Under the pieces are notes generated by a model that saw only the letters and a program-made list of their open reading frames with translations, searched no databases and was not told the origin of the DNA. From NCBI GenBank assembly GCA_965217035.1, contig OZ244226.1:620001-684000 (forward strand): a stretch of DNA of 64,000 nt, in the 5' to 3' direction. The position numbers were made by a program, and so were the translations under genes. Shown here in pieces: positions 44,562-54,973 of the stretch. The DNA is from Bacteriovoracaceae bacterium. Its GTDB lineage: Bacteria > Bdellovibrionota > Bacteriovoracia > Bacteriovoracales > Bacteriovoracaceae. Numbering within the stretch: the first letter of the stretch is position 1; every line of letters starts with the position of its first letter.

Positions 44562-45361
44562 TTTAACATTGCTAAAGTCATTACTAAATGATTATCGGCT
44601 TTGATAAGTTTTGAGTAATGCCTCTTAACTTTGTTTAAATAATTATTTCTACGGCTTCCGACTTCTTTTTTTCGTGCTAAAGATCTCCAAACCCAAGTTG
44701 GTCCCATATTATAAGCAACTGTCGCATGCCGCGAATTATTGAATTTGATATTAAGGTATTGAATATAGAAGATTCCAATTTCTAAATTTTCAAGAACCTT
44801 TTTAAACGTTGGAAAATCTTGATTCCAATATCCATTTGAAAGAGCGATAACACTTTCTTCATCCTCGCTTTCGAAACCAATTCCCTTTCTTAACATTTTC
44901 CTTTTAATAAACCTTTGAGTACCAGGCATAACCTGCATAAGCCCATCCGCTCCGACTCGGCTTTTCGCATTGATCTTGAAATGACTTTCAGTCCAAATCA
45001 TTGCTGTGACCCAATAAGGATCCATTTGATATTTTTCACAAAGACTAATGATTGCTCTGATGACAGGTCTCGCTCTTTTTCTCACATCTCTACTTAATGT
45101 CTTAAGAAGAGCTCCTTCAAACTGATCTTTCTCAACTCTTATTGGAATTTTGGGATTGATATTCTTTTGAAATGGATGAACAGTGCTCTCAAACTCATAA
45201 AACATCTCTTTATTAAAGAAATCGATGTCGTCATAGGTGTTCAAAAACTCTACGAGATGATTGATGTCTGTATGGGAATGCTCTGAGCTAAAACTCCGAA
45301 CAAAAAATAAACCAATGATAAGGGAATAAAATAAAATGAATTTCCAATTTAATGCCGCCAA
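44558..45361 (-). CDS. Lytic transglycosylase (SLT domain)
   Basis: TESHF..A.S..GA.GLMQVMP and AYNMGP motifs; N-terminal TM. Confidence 0.92.
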   Translation of the reverse strand: MAALNWKFILFYSLIIGLFFVRSFSSEHSHTDINHLVEFLNTYDDIDFFNKEMFYEFESTVHPFQKNINPKIPIRVEKDQFEGALLKTLSRDVRKRARPVIRAIISLCEKYQMDPYWVTAMIWTESHFKINAKSRVGADGLMQVMPGTQRFIKRKMLRKGIGFESEDEESVIALSNGYWNQDFPTFKKVLENLEIGIFYIQYLNIKFNNSRHATVAYNMGPTWVWRSLARKKEVGSRRNNYLNKVKRHYSKLIKADNHLVMTLAMLN

Positions 45362-45505
45362 CGTACTACTCCTGAAAGTATCCGTGAAGATTTGATCTTT
45401 GTTTCAATCAATTCTTCTTACAACCTATTGTAAATCCTGACCAGATCTCAGAAGATGGTTTGAAGGCTAAAATAGCTATCTCGATCGATTTTTAAAGGCG
45501 TAAAA

Positions 45506-47560
45506 ATGACGGAAAATAATAATAATTCCAATAGCTTAGTTCACGAGGAATCCCTCTATCTTAAGCAACACTCCCACCAAAATATTTTTTGGTATGCCTG
45601 GGGGGATGAAGCCTTAGAGGCTTCAAAAAAGCATGATTTGCCCATTTTTCTTTCTATTGGCTATTCTTCCTGTCATTGGTGCCATGTCATGAGCCACGAA
45701 TCTTTTGATAACCCCCAAGTAGCCGAAATTCTTAATGAAAAATTCATTTGTATTAAGGTTGATCGGGAAGAATTCCCAGATATTGACCAATATTATCAAA
45801 AGCTCTCTCAGCACATCTCAGGCAGAGGAGGATGGCCCCTCAGTTTCTTTCTCACACCAAAGCTTGAGCCGATTTTTTGTGGGACCTATTTTCCCCTCGA
45901 AGCTCAATCAGAATTTCCTGGATTTATCGGTCTTTTAGATTCTGTTTTCGATCAATACAAAAACCATAAAGACAATATTGTTAAGCAAGCTAAGGAACTT
46001 CATAAATTTGTGACTGCAAATCCAGAAATTGATGAAGAAAGACGCATTAAGTATGACGGTCACTTCCCAAATGCTCATGCTATTCTTCATGCTCTTGAAC
46101 CTTTTAGAGATCAAGAAAATGGTGGCTATGGAGAGGCTCCTAAATTTCCAAGTTTTGCTTTTTATGAATGGGCTATAGAGCAAGTTCTAGAAGGAATCGT
46201 TCCCAAGGAAAATGCAGAACATATTATCAAGACAGTTGAATCGATGGGACGAGGAGGAATCTTTGATCAAGCTCGAGGTGGGATTCATCGCTACAGTACA
46301 GATAAGAAATGGCTTGTTCCTCATTTTGAGAAAATGCTTTATGACCAATCAGGACTTTTAAGACTCTTTATCAAAACAAGCATTCTCTATCCATCCCCTA
46401 TTATGTTTGATGGGATCATCATGACTTTAGAATATCTTCACACAGAGATGTTGGCAGAAGAGAAGTATTTCTTTGCTGCTCAAGATGCAGATTCTGAAGG
46501 AGTAGAAGGACTTTACTTCACTTATACAGAAGAGGAATTCGAAGATGCTCTTGCCCAACATGATGAAGAACTTATTGAACACAGAGAAGATCTTAAGAAA
46601 TGGTTTGGAATTAGTGCTAATGGAAACTTTGAAAATAAACTCAATGTTCTTAGCTTAAGCGGAAGTCATTTGAATGATTATTTAGCTCCAGAACAATGGG
46701 AAATTGTTAGAAAAGCAAAGCAAGCACTGTATAAGGCAAGAAGTCAGAGAATCCCTCCTGCAACCGATACAAAAGGACTTGCGAGCTGGAACTTTATGTT
46801 AATCTCAGCTCTCTGCGATCTTGTTCAATACTCTAAAATTGAAATTATCCAAAAGAATGCTCAGGAACTTCTTAATATTTGCCTAGACGGTATTCATAAA
46901 AATTTTCTCATTAAAGAAGGTGACAACTTTAGAATCAAGCATTCAACAACTCTTGAGAAACAAGTCACTTATTTTGAAGATTTTGTGACCTTTGCTCATG
47001 CTCATTCTCGACTTTATGAGATTACAGGGAAAGATCAGTTTAAAAAGAATGTTCTTCAAACCTTAGAGCATCTTTTTAAAAACTTTTTTGATGGGAAGTT
47101 CTTCAAAACAAGATCAATAGATGAAAAAGATATTCCCTATGAAAACCTTCATTATCCAATTTTCGATCAATCTTTTCGTTCAGCCACTGGAACAATGATC
47201 GGTCTCGTAAGAACTTGGAGCTTAGTTAATCCTGAACTCAAGAAAAATAAAGGCTTTGATGAACTTTTAGAGGTGACAAAACAACTTGTTCTTCAAAATC
47301 CTGTCGCTTTCGGAGAATCTTTAAGAACATTGATTTATCCAGATGATGCTCTTAAGAAGATTGATGTTCCTAAAAATTGGTTGAAAGATCCTGCTTTTAT
47401 CAGAATGAGGGCCTTTTTCTCTTCTCGTTTTCTTATTCATTACAATGATACGGAAGAATGGCAAATCTGTGGTTACGATGTTTGTGAAGCTCAAGGAAAT
47501 GACTTTGCCTCGTTTGAAGAGTTCCTCAATCCACCAGTTGAAGAAGAAAACACAAAGTAA
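45506..47560 (+). CDS. YyaL/SSP411 thioredoxin-domain protein (DUF255)
   Basis: SIGYSSCHWCHVMSHESF, GGWPL, HFEKMLYDQ and DADSEG motifs. Confidence 0.93.
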   Translation: MTENNNNSNSLVHEESLYLKQHSHQNIFWYAWGDEALEASKKHDLPIFLSIGYSSCHWCHVMSHESFDNPQVAEILNEKFICIKVDREEFPDIDQYYQKLSQHISGRGGWPLSFFLTPKLEPIFCGTYFPLEAQSEFPGFIGLLDSVFDQYKNHKDNIVKQAKELHKFVTANPEIDEERRIKYDGHFPNAHAILHALEPFRDQENGGYGEAPKFPSFAFYEWAIEQVLEGIVPKENAEHIIKTVESMGRGGIFDQARGGIHRYSTDKKWLVPHFEKMLYDQSGLLRLFIKTSILYPSPIMFDGIIMTLEYLHTEMLAEEKYFFAAQDADSEGVEGLYFTYTEEEFEDALAQHDEELIEHREDLKKWFGISANGNFENKLNVLSLSGSHLNDYLAPEQWEIVRKAKQALYKARSQRIPPATDTKGLASWNFMLISALCDLVQYSKIEIIQKNAQELLNICLDGIHKNFLIKEGDNFRIKHSTTLEKQVTYFEDFVTFAHAHSRLYEITGKDQFKKNVLQTLEHLFKNFFDGKFFKTRSIDEKDIPYENLHYPIFDQSFRSATGTMIGLVRTWSLVNPELKKNKGFDELLEVTKQLVLQNPVAFGESLRTLIYPDDALKKIDVPKNWLKDPAFIRMRAFFSSRFLIHYNDTEEWQICGYDVCEAQGNDFASFEEFLNPPVEEENTK

Positions 47561-47756
47561 TTTTTTTTTGGGAAGCCTAATCTTTCATCGCTGCCAATTA
47601 AAATTGCTGAAGAACAAGAAATTTTTGGGCAGCTTAGTATTCTTGAGATTCTAGGAGTCGCATTTTTTCGACGATTGAGTTTATGTTTCTATAAATGATA
47701 GAGGAGAAAAAATGATGAGGACGAAGAAGATCTGAATAATAAGCACCCAAAATGAG

Positions 47757-47788
47757 AAAGGGGGAGCTCAATCTTTGAGTCTCCCCCT
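47757..47788 (-). terminator. Probable intrinsic terminator for the 47846..48886 gene
   Basis: GGGGAG-CTCAA..TTGAG-T-CTCCCC hairpin. Confidence 0.6.
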
Positions 47789-47845
47789 ATCACGTGCGTT
47801 CAACAAGGAGTGAGAAGTACTATGGCTTCTCAAGTGGTCGTTGTT

Positions 47846-48886
47846 CTATTTATCTTTAATATTAAATCTTTTTGAGTTTAGCATCGCTTTTTTTACATTG
47901 TATTCAGATCCGAGTTTTACGTTTGTGTTACTTGCTAATGGAGTAACTTCAAACTCAAGCTTCTTAGATCCAAGTCTTTTTTGCTTAACTTTTACTCTAT
48001 AAAGTTCCCAATCACCTTCATTAAGAGTGTTGGCATTTCTAAAGTTTAACTTAACTGTTTCATACTTCATGATATCACCAGTTGGGTCCATGCAAGTTTG
48101 GAAAGTAATATAGTTATCAGGGCATTCCCATCCAGATGATCTTTGGTAACGGAAAAGCTCGATAATTTCAGCAGAGTATTCACTAAAACTCTCTTGATTG
48201 ATTCTTTGACAGTTACAATCAGAGCTGTATGTAAAATAACTTCTGTTCATTTGGAATTTGTACCTTTCTGCAAATTTATAGATGCTATCGAAAGCTTCTT
48301 TACAATCGTCTGCTTGCCAAGCAAGGTAATCAACATACTCGTCGAAAGACATTTGCATTTTCTTAAGAAGTCGAGCAGCTTTTAGTTCAACAGAGACAAC
48401 ATCTGGAGTTGTGTTTGTTCTTACAACAAGAACTTCACTAAGCTCGTCAGAAAGATGCTCTCTATTTTCAAGAACTATTGTTCTCGCCGTTCCACCTTTT
48501 GCATATTTTTCAAGCCATGCAGACTCATAATAAGGATCGACATAAGGAAGTCCTTCTTCTGAGTAAAGAATTGCTTCAGCAGGTGCTTCACCTTGCTTGA
48601 TTCTCTCTTGTTCAGTCATCACATTTTCTGAGATCTCAGAAATTTTCTTTCTCTTAGCTGTCGACTGATTCGTTTTAATGATATTGACAGTGTTCTTGTC
48701 CTCATCATCTAAAGTGTCAGTACCTTGGTTTGTTTTTGAGTTAACAATTTCAGTTGTCGCATCGTCTTTCGTTGAAAGATCAGCTTCAACTGTTTCCGTC
48801 GAGGTCGGATTTACCTTGTTTTTCTTCTTACTACATGAAACTGCAAATAGCAGACTCACGCAAAGAATTAATGCACGTGTTTTCAT
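47846..48886 (-). CDS. Hypothetical lipoprotein
   Basis: Lipobox AVSC; AGGAG SD; 346 aa. Confidence 0.75.
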   Translation of the reverse strand: MKTRALILCVSLLFAVSCSKKKNKVNPTSTETVEADLSTKDDATTEIVNSKTNQGTDTLDDEDKNTVNIIKTNQSTAKRKKISEISENVMTEQERIKQGEAPAEAILYSEEGLPYVDPYYESAWLEKYAKGGTARTIVLENREHLSDELSEVLVVRTNTTPDVVSVELKAARLLKKMQMSFDEYVDYLAWQADDCKEAFDSIYKFAERYKFQMNRSYFTYSSDCNCQRINQESFSEYSAEIIELFRYQRSSGWECPDNYITFQTCMDPTGDIMKYETVKLNFRNANTLNEGDWELYRVKVKQKRLGSKKLEFEVTPLASNTNVKLGSEYNVKKAMLNSKRFNIKDK

Positions 48887-49031
48887 CTCTTTACTCCTGT
48901 AGATGTTTAATTAGAATCATTGTAGCGAACCTTAGAATCGCTCTCCAGACGATGTGTAGGGCTTACAATAAGTGTAAAAAAATTTGTCACATTCCCTCTT
49001 CTAAGTCCCTGATTTCCGGTTATAATAAGTT

Positions 49032-49694
49032 ATGAACATTAACTTTGAGGCCCTTACTGGCCGTGAGATTTATCGTTTAGTTCAATACAAAGATAATGTC
49101 TGGGTTCATGAATCTGTACTTGATGATCTTTTAGAGTTGCAAAAAATCTGCCTTAATCAGGGTTATGAGTTAGAGATTGCAAGTGGCTTTAGATCTTTTG
49201 AGCGCCAAAAATTAATCTGGGAAGAAAAGATATCTGGAGAGCGTCCTCTTTATGATAAGTCTGAAAACCTTGTTGACATAGAAAAAGCTTCAGAAACAGA
49301 AATCTTAGAAGCTCTTTTAGCTTGGTCTGCAATCCCAGGTTGTAGTCGTCATCATTGGGGAACAGATTTTGATCTTTTTGACAAAAATAATTTTAAAGAT
49401 GGTTTAAAACTTCAGTTAAAACAAGATGAGTATTTGAATCCCGAAGGACCGTGCTTTGAAATGAATCAATTTCTTGAAAGTCATAATGATTTAAAATTCT
49501 TTCGTCCTTATGAAACCGAAGGTGATGGAGTCCAACCGGAACCTTGGCATTATAGTCATCGTTATATTTCAAATTTTTATCAGCAAGCATTCACCAAAGA
49601 AATTTTTCGAAAAAATCTTGAAACGCGAGAGTTCACTTTTTCTGAGGCGCTCCTTCACGACATTGACATACTCTATGCTCGCTTCTCTTTATAA
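49032..49694 (+). CDS. M15 family D-Ala-D-Ala carboxypeptidase
   Basis: SGFRSFERQ, SRHHWGTDFD and EPWH motifs. Confidence 0.92.
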   Translation: MNINFEALTGREIYRLVQYKDNVWVHESVLDDLLELQKICLNQGYELEIASGFRSFERQKLIWEEKISGERPLYDKSENLVDIEKASETEILEALLAWSAIPGCSRHHWGTDFDLFDKNNFKDGLKLQLKQDEYLNPEGPCFEMNQFLESHNDLKFFRPYETEGDGVQPEPWHYSHRYISNFYQQAFTKEIFRKNLETREFTFSEALLHDIDILYARFSL

Positions 49695-49971
49695 TTTGGG
49701 GTCAAAATGTCTCCATTTTTATCCTCTTTGTAAGGGCCTTTTTTTTAATTTTTAAGCTTAGCCACTTCCATTTTTATTAGAAGAAAAATGTTTGGAATAA
49801 AAAATTATTTGGTGTCTCTTTGTCACTGTTTTCAAGTGTTTCTTCTTGCTTGAGAGTCAGACTTATTCTTTTCAAGTTCTTAAGTGATTCTGATAGCTTG
49901 GATTTAAGTTCAGTCATAGGAAGGATGAATTTTATTTCAAACTATTAACCCTTTTGCGGAGGAAATTAACC

Positions 49972-51261
49972 ATGTCCAAGATTTCAATCTTTCACTTGGC
50001 AGTATCGCTATTGCTAAGTGTGATGATGTCTTCAGAAGTCTACGCCCAGCGGAGACCTCGGAAGCCAGGAACTAGTCGGCCTTCCGGACCAAGTACAAGA
50101 CCGGGGACAAGACCAAGTACAAGACCGGGGACAAGACCAGGTACAAGACCAGGTACAAGACCAGGTACAAGACCAGGTACAAGACCAGGTACAAGACCAG
50201 GGACAAGACCAGGGACAAGACCAGGGACAAGACCAGGGACAAGACCAGGGACAACGCCAGATACAAGACCAGGTACAAGACCAGGTACAAGACCAGGTAC
50301 AAGACCAGGTACAAGACCAGGTACAAGACCAGGGACAAGACCAGGGACAAGACCAGGGACAAGACCAGGTACAAGACCAGGTACAAGACCAGGTACAAGA
50401 CCAGGTACAAGACCAGGTACAAGACCAGGTACAAGACCAGGTACAAGACCAGGTACAAGACCAGGGACAAGACCAGGTACAAGACCAGGTACAAGACCAG
50501 GTACAAGACCAGGTACAAGACCAGGGACAAGACCAGGGACAAGACCAGGGACAAGACCAGGGACAAGACCAGGTAACGTTTACAAACCACCGAGAAGAGT
50601 TCACAGAACTCGTCCAAATAGAAGAGTTGTTCGTAGACATCTTCCAAGACATAGAGCGAGAAGACTTGGTACGAGAAGATACTTCAGGCCGTATAACTAT
50701 CATTACGGTCGATACGTTTACAGAAGAGTCTATCACAGACCGTACATTAACATTCATTATCACACTCCATTCTGGACTTACCGTTCTTATTACAGACACG
50801 TAACAAGTTCATGGAGACAATACGTTTACTTTAACTGGATCTTCTGGCACTCAAACAGAGTTAATGGTTACCACTTCATCGATGGTTATCCATACTACGT
50901 CTACAATGGTTACAGACATAGATACTCATCTGTTGATCGTTGTAATTACCAGCTCTTTGACAAACACAATCAGTGTATCGTGAAAGAATACTGGAATAAC
51001 TACTGTAGTACTGGTTATAACAGCTGTGCGAGAGAGAGAGATGAGTTTAACTACAATGCGAATGATAACAGGTTCACATGTGCAGAGACTTATCGTGAAA
51101 GATCTTGGGGTTATTTCAACCGATACAGAACAGGCGTTTCGTATAATCAAATTGCGAATGCTCAGTACTGTACGACAGCTAATAACTACTACTACGATGA
51201 CTCGACTGACCCATACTACGATTACGAGTATGATGACGATTCATCAAATGACTATTACTAA
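49972..51261 (+). CDS. Secreted protein with (TRPG)n tract, Arg/His/Tyr-rich region and Cys-containing C-terminal domain
   Basis: GGAGG SD before ATG 49972; signal peptide ending VYA. Confidence 0.85.
   Translation: MSKISIFHLAVSLLLSVMMSSEVYAQRRPRKPGTSRPSGPSTRPGTRPSTRPGTRPGTRPGTRPGTRPGTRPGTRPGTRPGTRPGTRPGTRPGTTPDTRPGTRPGTRPGTRPGTRPGTRPGTRPGTRPGTRPGTRPGTRPGTRPGTRPGTRPGTRPGTRPGTRPGTRPGTRPGTRPGTRPGTRPGTRPGTRPGTRPGTRPGNVYKPPRRVHRTRPNRRVVRRHLPRHRARRLGTRRYFRPYNYHYGRYVYRRVYHRPYINIHYHTPFWTYRSYYRHVTSSWRQYVYFNWIFWHSNRVNGYHFIDGYPYYVYNGYRHRYSSVDRCNYQLFDKHNQCIVKEYWNNYCSTGYNSCARERDEFNYNANDNRFTCAETYRERSWGYFNRYRTGVSYNQIANAQYCTTANNYYYDDSTDPYYDYEYDDDSSNDYY
50095..50574 (+). repeat. Tandem repeat, 40 x 12 bp ACAAGACCAGG(T/G)
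   Basis: Counted directly; one TRPS and one TTPD variant unit. Confidence 0.97.
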
Positions 51262-51314
51262 AACGAGCACGGTGCCTTTTCTACCAGTTTAGGCACCAAG
51301 CACACCGTCACCAC

Positions 51315-51342
51315 GGGGGAGTTAACGCTCCCCCACTTTTTT
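51315..51342 (+). terminator. Intrinsic terminator
   Basis: GGGGAG-TTAACG-CTCCCC plus T-tract; preceded by a GGTGCCT..AGGCACC hairpin. Confidence 0.8.
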
Positions 51343-51481
51343 ATTAAAAGCCTTTATTAAAAAATCAAAAGTTCAATAGAAGATTTATCCAAAAAAGAAA
51401 TAAAAAAAGAAGAAATCTTTAAAATGAGTAGAAGGATTTACGAAAGGATCTCAACAGACTCAACCATGAGCCTTAAAGCTA

Positions 51482-51892
51482 TTAGTCCTCAATAACCCCA
51501 CAAGCCTTTAACCATTCTGGATCTGGGACTAGCATCTTTCGAGCTTCAGTATCAAAGAAAGCAATTTTGAAATGGGCCTCACAACAAAGTTTACCGTCAC
51601 GTTTCATTTGCTGCTTTAGAGTCAAAAAGCGACCATCAAAGTTTTGAGCTTGTGAATGGATAACGATTTTATCTCGATTCTTAAGCTCCTTTCGATAACG
51701 AACCTGTGTCTCTAAAAGAACCGGTCCCCTCTTTTCTTTCATAACTCTCTCAAGACCAAATCCGTTTTTAGTAATAAAGTCCCAACGGGCCATCTCGAAA
51801 ATGATGAAATAGTTTGCATTGTTCACATGAGCGAAGACATCAAGGTCTTTTTCTTGGATCTGATATTCGAATAGGAACTCTTTAAACTGCAT
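51482..51892 (-). CDS. Acyl-CoA thioesterase (YbgC/4HBT family)
   Basis: DLDVFAHVNNANY..FE.AR motif. Confidence 0.9.
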   Translation of the reverse strand: MQFKEFLFEYQIQEKDLDVFAHVNNANYFIIFEMARWDFITKNGFGLERVMKEKRGPVLLETQVRYRKELKNRDKIVIHSQAQNFDGRFLTLKQQMKRDGKLCCEAHFKIAFFDTEARKMLVPDPEWLKACGVIED

Positions 51893-51958
51893 AAAAATAT
51901 CCGGAGCTATAATTTAACTCCGGATACCTTATAGTGCAAATTTCGTTTGAACTTATTT

Positions 51959-53878
51959 TTAAAAACTTTCAAGTTGTCGCTTCTGAAGCTTTCTATGATG
52001 GACACGAGAAATTCTTTTAAAGAGGCTCACATCATTCTTTGCCTTTTTCATAGCAACTCCATCAGCTGCTAAAGCTCGAGTGACCTCTTTCTTACTCTTT
52101 TGCTCACCTTTGAATAAACTTTCAAATGGATTTTTATATTTAAATTTCTTTTTTCCTATATTGGAAACAGCTTTAAATCCTGTTCCTCTTCGCTTTTTCT
52201 TCTTTCCACGTTTCGCTATTTTATTAACACTCATCGAAGGCTTATCTTTTTTCTTCATCGCAGCTTTTCTTGAAGATGGTGTTTGGATATTCGATGCATT
52301 GGCTGAACCTCCTCCACCGGCTCCACCGCCGCCTCCTGATCCAGGATTCGATTCAAATTTTGCTTGTTGGGCCGTAGCACCACCATTATCAATCCCACCA
52401 CTGCTATTATCTAAGGCCGTTAAGCTACCATTATTTCCAGCAACTCCTCCAAAATCATCATCTGTGGCATAATCTTCTCTGATGATTCCACCCGCTCCAC
52501 CAATATTAATTCCATCTTGATAACCTTGTTCCGTCACAATATCTGCTTCTGGCGTCACTCCAGCACAAAGCTCAGGGTTATTCATACAAAAGAAAGGATC
52601 ATCTTCTACTCGAGTCGCTGCATCGTACTCAATCATAAATTGCTCCGCTTTTTTTCTTTGGGCATCGAAAGCAAAAGCGTCATTAATTGCTCCAAGAGCA
52701 TCCTGTGAAGACTGCTTTGCAAGAGCAACTCCTGTTGAATAAGCTTGTAAATTTGAGAAATACATCGCCAGTCTAGGATCGTTCGCCAATATCGAACAGT
52801 CTGATGGGGTATGAACATTCTGACAAAAAATTTGAAATTTATTTGAAGGCCAGTTATTCAGAATCGTCTGAATATGGGCAACATTTTTTGAATGATTTGC
52901 GCTATTAAAAGCTGATGCATAAGTCTTGGTCGTATTCATCGTTGCTGTTGCATCAAGACTTGCTCGAGTCGCATCTCCGCTCGCCATATTTTTATTTCCA
53001 TTCATTTGTTGGACTTGAAGAATTCCTTGAGTTGCCTTTTGACTTCCTTGAGAAGCAATCTGAAATTGATTATGAGCGGTGATAAGATCAGCACAACTAT
53101 TGTAGTCGAGAGTAGCACCTTCTTTACAACGGCATACGATTTTTCCATCACTACTTTGCTTTCCAGAAAGTTTATCTGTCTCTCCACAACGACTACTAAA
53201 ATCTTTGGAATTCGCAAGATCTGCAATTAATTCGTCAAAAGATGTACTCAGTTTTGAATTAACAACTTCAGTTCCTGCCGTTTTAGCCGTAGGAGGAGTT
53301 CTCGTTGTATCTGCTGCAAGTGCTTGTTTCTTACATTCAGCATCTCTCTTTAGAATTTCTTCTTCCTCTGCACTTACGCCTAAAGGGTTTGCTTTTTTAC
53401 AATCGAGATAAATAGCTTCTTGTTCAGCAGTCAAGGCTCCACTATCATTACCGCCAACTGGACTATCTTCTGAAAGCTTCTTGCTTATACAATCATCGAT
53501 CGCATCATCTTCAACTTCACTCACGTATTTATGCATCTTCTCATCATAGACTGCCGATTTATCAACCCAGCCAGCTTCTTTTATGCATTCGAACTTCAAT
53601 CCTTCTTGATTAGCACCTCCACAAATTTCCCCAGACAAAGCATCACAACTAACACCAATGCTAGGGAAGCTAAAAACCGCACTCGCTGTTGACGTTGCAG
53701 CTGATGTTTTTTCAGCAATACAACTATTTAATAGAAGAAGACCGTCTGGTCCGCTTAATTTAATAACACCAAGTTCTTCTTGGCATTCTTGATTAAACTT
53801 ATCACTGTCTTGAGCTTTTAATTGTGTAGAAAAAGAAAGTAAAACAAAAAGAAAGATGTTCGGTATTATATTTTTCAT
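51959..53878 (-). CDS. Large secreted Cys-rich protein with Gly-rich and Lys-rich C-terminus (start likely ATG 53878)
   Basis: MKNIIPNIFLFVLLSFSTQLKA signal peptide; GGGGGAGGG linker; ends SLFKRISRVHH. Confidence 0.7.
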   Translation of the reverse strand: MKNIIPNIFLFVLLSFSTQLKAQDSDKFNQECQEELGVIKLSGPDGLLLLNSCIAEKTSAATSTASAVFSFPSIGVSCDALSGEICGGANQEGLKFECIKEAGWVDKSAVYDEKMHKYVSEVEDDAIDDCISKKLSEDSPVGGNDSGALTAEQEAIYLDCKKANPLGVSAEEEEILKRDAECKKQALAADTTRTPPTAKTAGTEVVNSKLSTSFDELIADLANSKDFSSRCGETDKLSGKQSSDGKIVCRCKEGATLDYNSCADLITAHNQFQIASQGSQKATQGILQVQQMNGNKNMASGDATRASLDATATMNTTKTYASAFNSANHSKNVAHIQTILNNWPSNKFQIFCQNVHTPSDCSILANDPRLAMYFSNLQAYSTGVALAKQSSQDALGAINDAFAFDAQRKKAEQFMIEYDAATRVEDDPFFCMNNPELCAGVTPEADIVTEQGYQDGINIGGAGGIIREDYATDDDFGGVAGNNGSLTALDNSSGGIDNGGATAQQAKFESNPGSGGGGGAGGGGSANASNIQTPSSRKAAMKKKDKPSMSVNKIAKRGKKKKRRGTGFKAVSNIGKKKFKYKNPFESLFKGEQKSKKEVTRALAADGVAMKKAKNDVSLFKRISRVHHRKLQKRQLESF

Positions 53879-53948
53879 AAGCCTATTATATCCTCTTACT
53901 TCAATACTTAAGAATCTATCCTCTTCATAAAAGAGTAATTTCATAGAC

Positions 53949-53975
53949 TTATCGGTACCAGACTTATTTTCTTGA
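53949..53975 (-). promoter_or_regulatory. Putative sigma28 (FliA)-like promoter
   Basis: TCAA-N15-ACCGATAA. Confidence 0.55.
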
Positions 53976-54077
53976 GTACCTCCAAAGGTTGGCAGCTTTG
54001 CTCTTAAAATCAGATCATTTAGCCAATAAAACTGAGGAGGAAAACCAAGAGCTTCTTGCCTATCTCCTTGATTTACT

Positions 54078-54104
54078 TCACTTTTCTTTAGGGTCAATCG
54101 ATAA
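54078..54104 (+). promoter_or_regulatory. Putative sigma28-like promoter, divergent from the previous one
   Basis: TCAC-N15-ATCGATAA. Confidence 0.35.
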
Positions 54105-54115
54105 TCAAATTAGAG

Positions 54116-54973
54116 ATGAAGCTATTTATTGGATTTTTTACCATTTATTTTTTAATGGCTCCTGTCTACTCAGGAAGTAGTACTCGGTTTAAGATCAATC
54201 GATCGCTTAATCTTTTACAGCAACTCAATAAGACCAGTCATAATGTTTCATGTTCACTCGATTCAACCGAGCCCACAGAAACTGAACGCAAATGGGAGGA
54301 CGAAGGTTATAAAAAGGCTAAAATCTCTGAGCTCGATACGAGTAAATACTACAAAAATGGAGAAGAGTTTACTCATTATCTCGACTTTACACTTGTTAAT
54401 TTTTTAGATTCGGGCTGGAATCTTTCGACCATTGATAAAACCTTGCAGCAAGTTTCTCAAATTTTTGGTAAACAATGCGGGATTCATATTCGAAGTGCGA
54501 AAGTCATACAAAGTCAATCTCCTTTAGGAACTTCTAATCTTCGAAAGCATGACCAAGATATGGAGCTAAGTAAATCTGCACCGACTAAGAACAGACCTCT
54601 TTTTTATTTTATAAAATCTTATACTAATGGAGATACAGCGTATTCTCTAAGGCCTAAAGAAGCAAAGAAACTTGATCAAACCTATTATTCAGCATTCATT
54701 ACTAATCAGGTAAATACAAAAGATTATAAAAAAACGAGAAGAAAAAACTATAGTCCGACAGCTCACGAGCTAGCACATTTACTTTGTCGTTGTGATCATT
54801 CGACAAAAGATGAATTTAGTATCATGGCAGATGATCCTACCTATCGGAATAATAAAATTTCAGAAAAGTTTTGTAAAAAGATGAAAGGAGAAAGTCAAAA
54901 ATCTTCTTTTGAAAAATCCCCCTTCTTAAAGAAATATGATAAACCTTTGGAGATAAAGAAAAATGATGTTTAA
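54116..54973 (+). CDS. Secreted metzincin-like zinc metallopeptidase
   Basis: Signal peptide; HELAHLLCRCDH followed by a SIM Met-turn. Confidence 0.65.
   Translation: MKLFIGFFTIYFLMAPVYSGSSTRFKINRSLNLLQQLNKTSHNVSCSLDSTEPTETERKWEDEGYKKAKISELDTSKYYKNGEEFTHYLDFTLVNFLDSGWNLSTIDKTLQQVSQIFGKQCGIHIRSAKVIQSQSPLGTSNLRKHDQDMELSKSAPTKNRPLFYFIKSYTNGDTAYSLRPKEAKKLDQTYYSAFITNQVNTKDYKKTRRKNYSPTAHELAHLLCRCDHSTKDEFSIMADDPTYRNNKISEKFCKKMKGESQKSSFEKSPFLKKYDKPLEIKKNDV

Noticed and set aside
50095..50574. Possible CRISPR array
   Set aside because: 12-bp head-to-tail units with no unique spacers, in frame inside a CDS, and no cas genes.
50032..50799. Antisense ORFs with (WSCT)n and (LVLY)n repeats
   Set aside because: Stop-free shadows of the 12-bp repeat; the + strand gene has the SD, signal peptide and terminator.
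53879..54097. N-terminal extension of the 712-aa ORF
   Set aside because: A signal peptide begins at ATG 53878 and promoter-like motifs lie within the extension.
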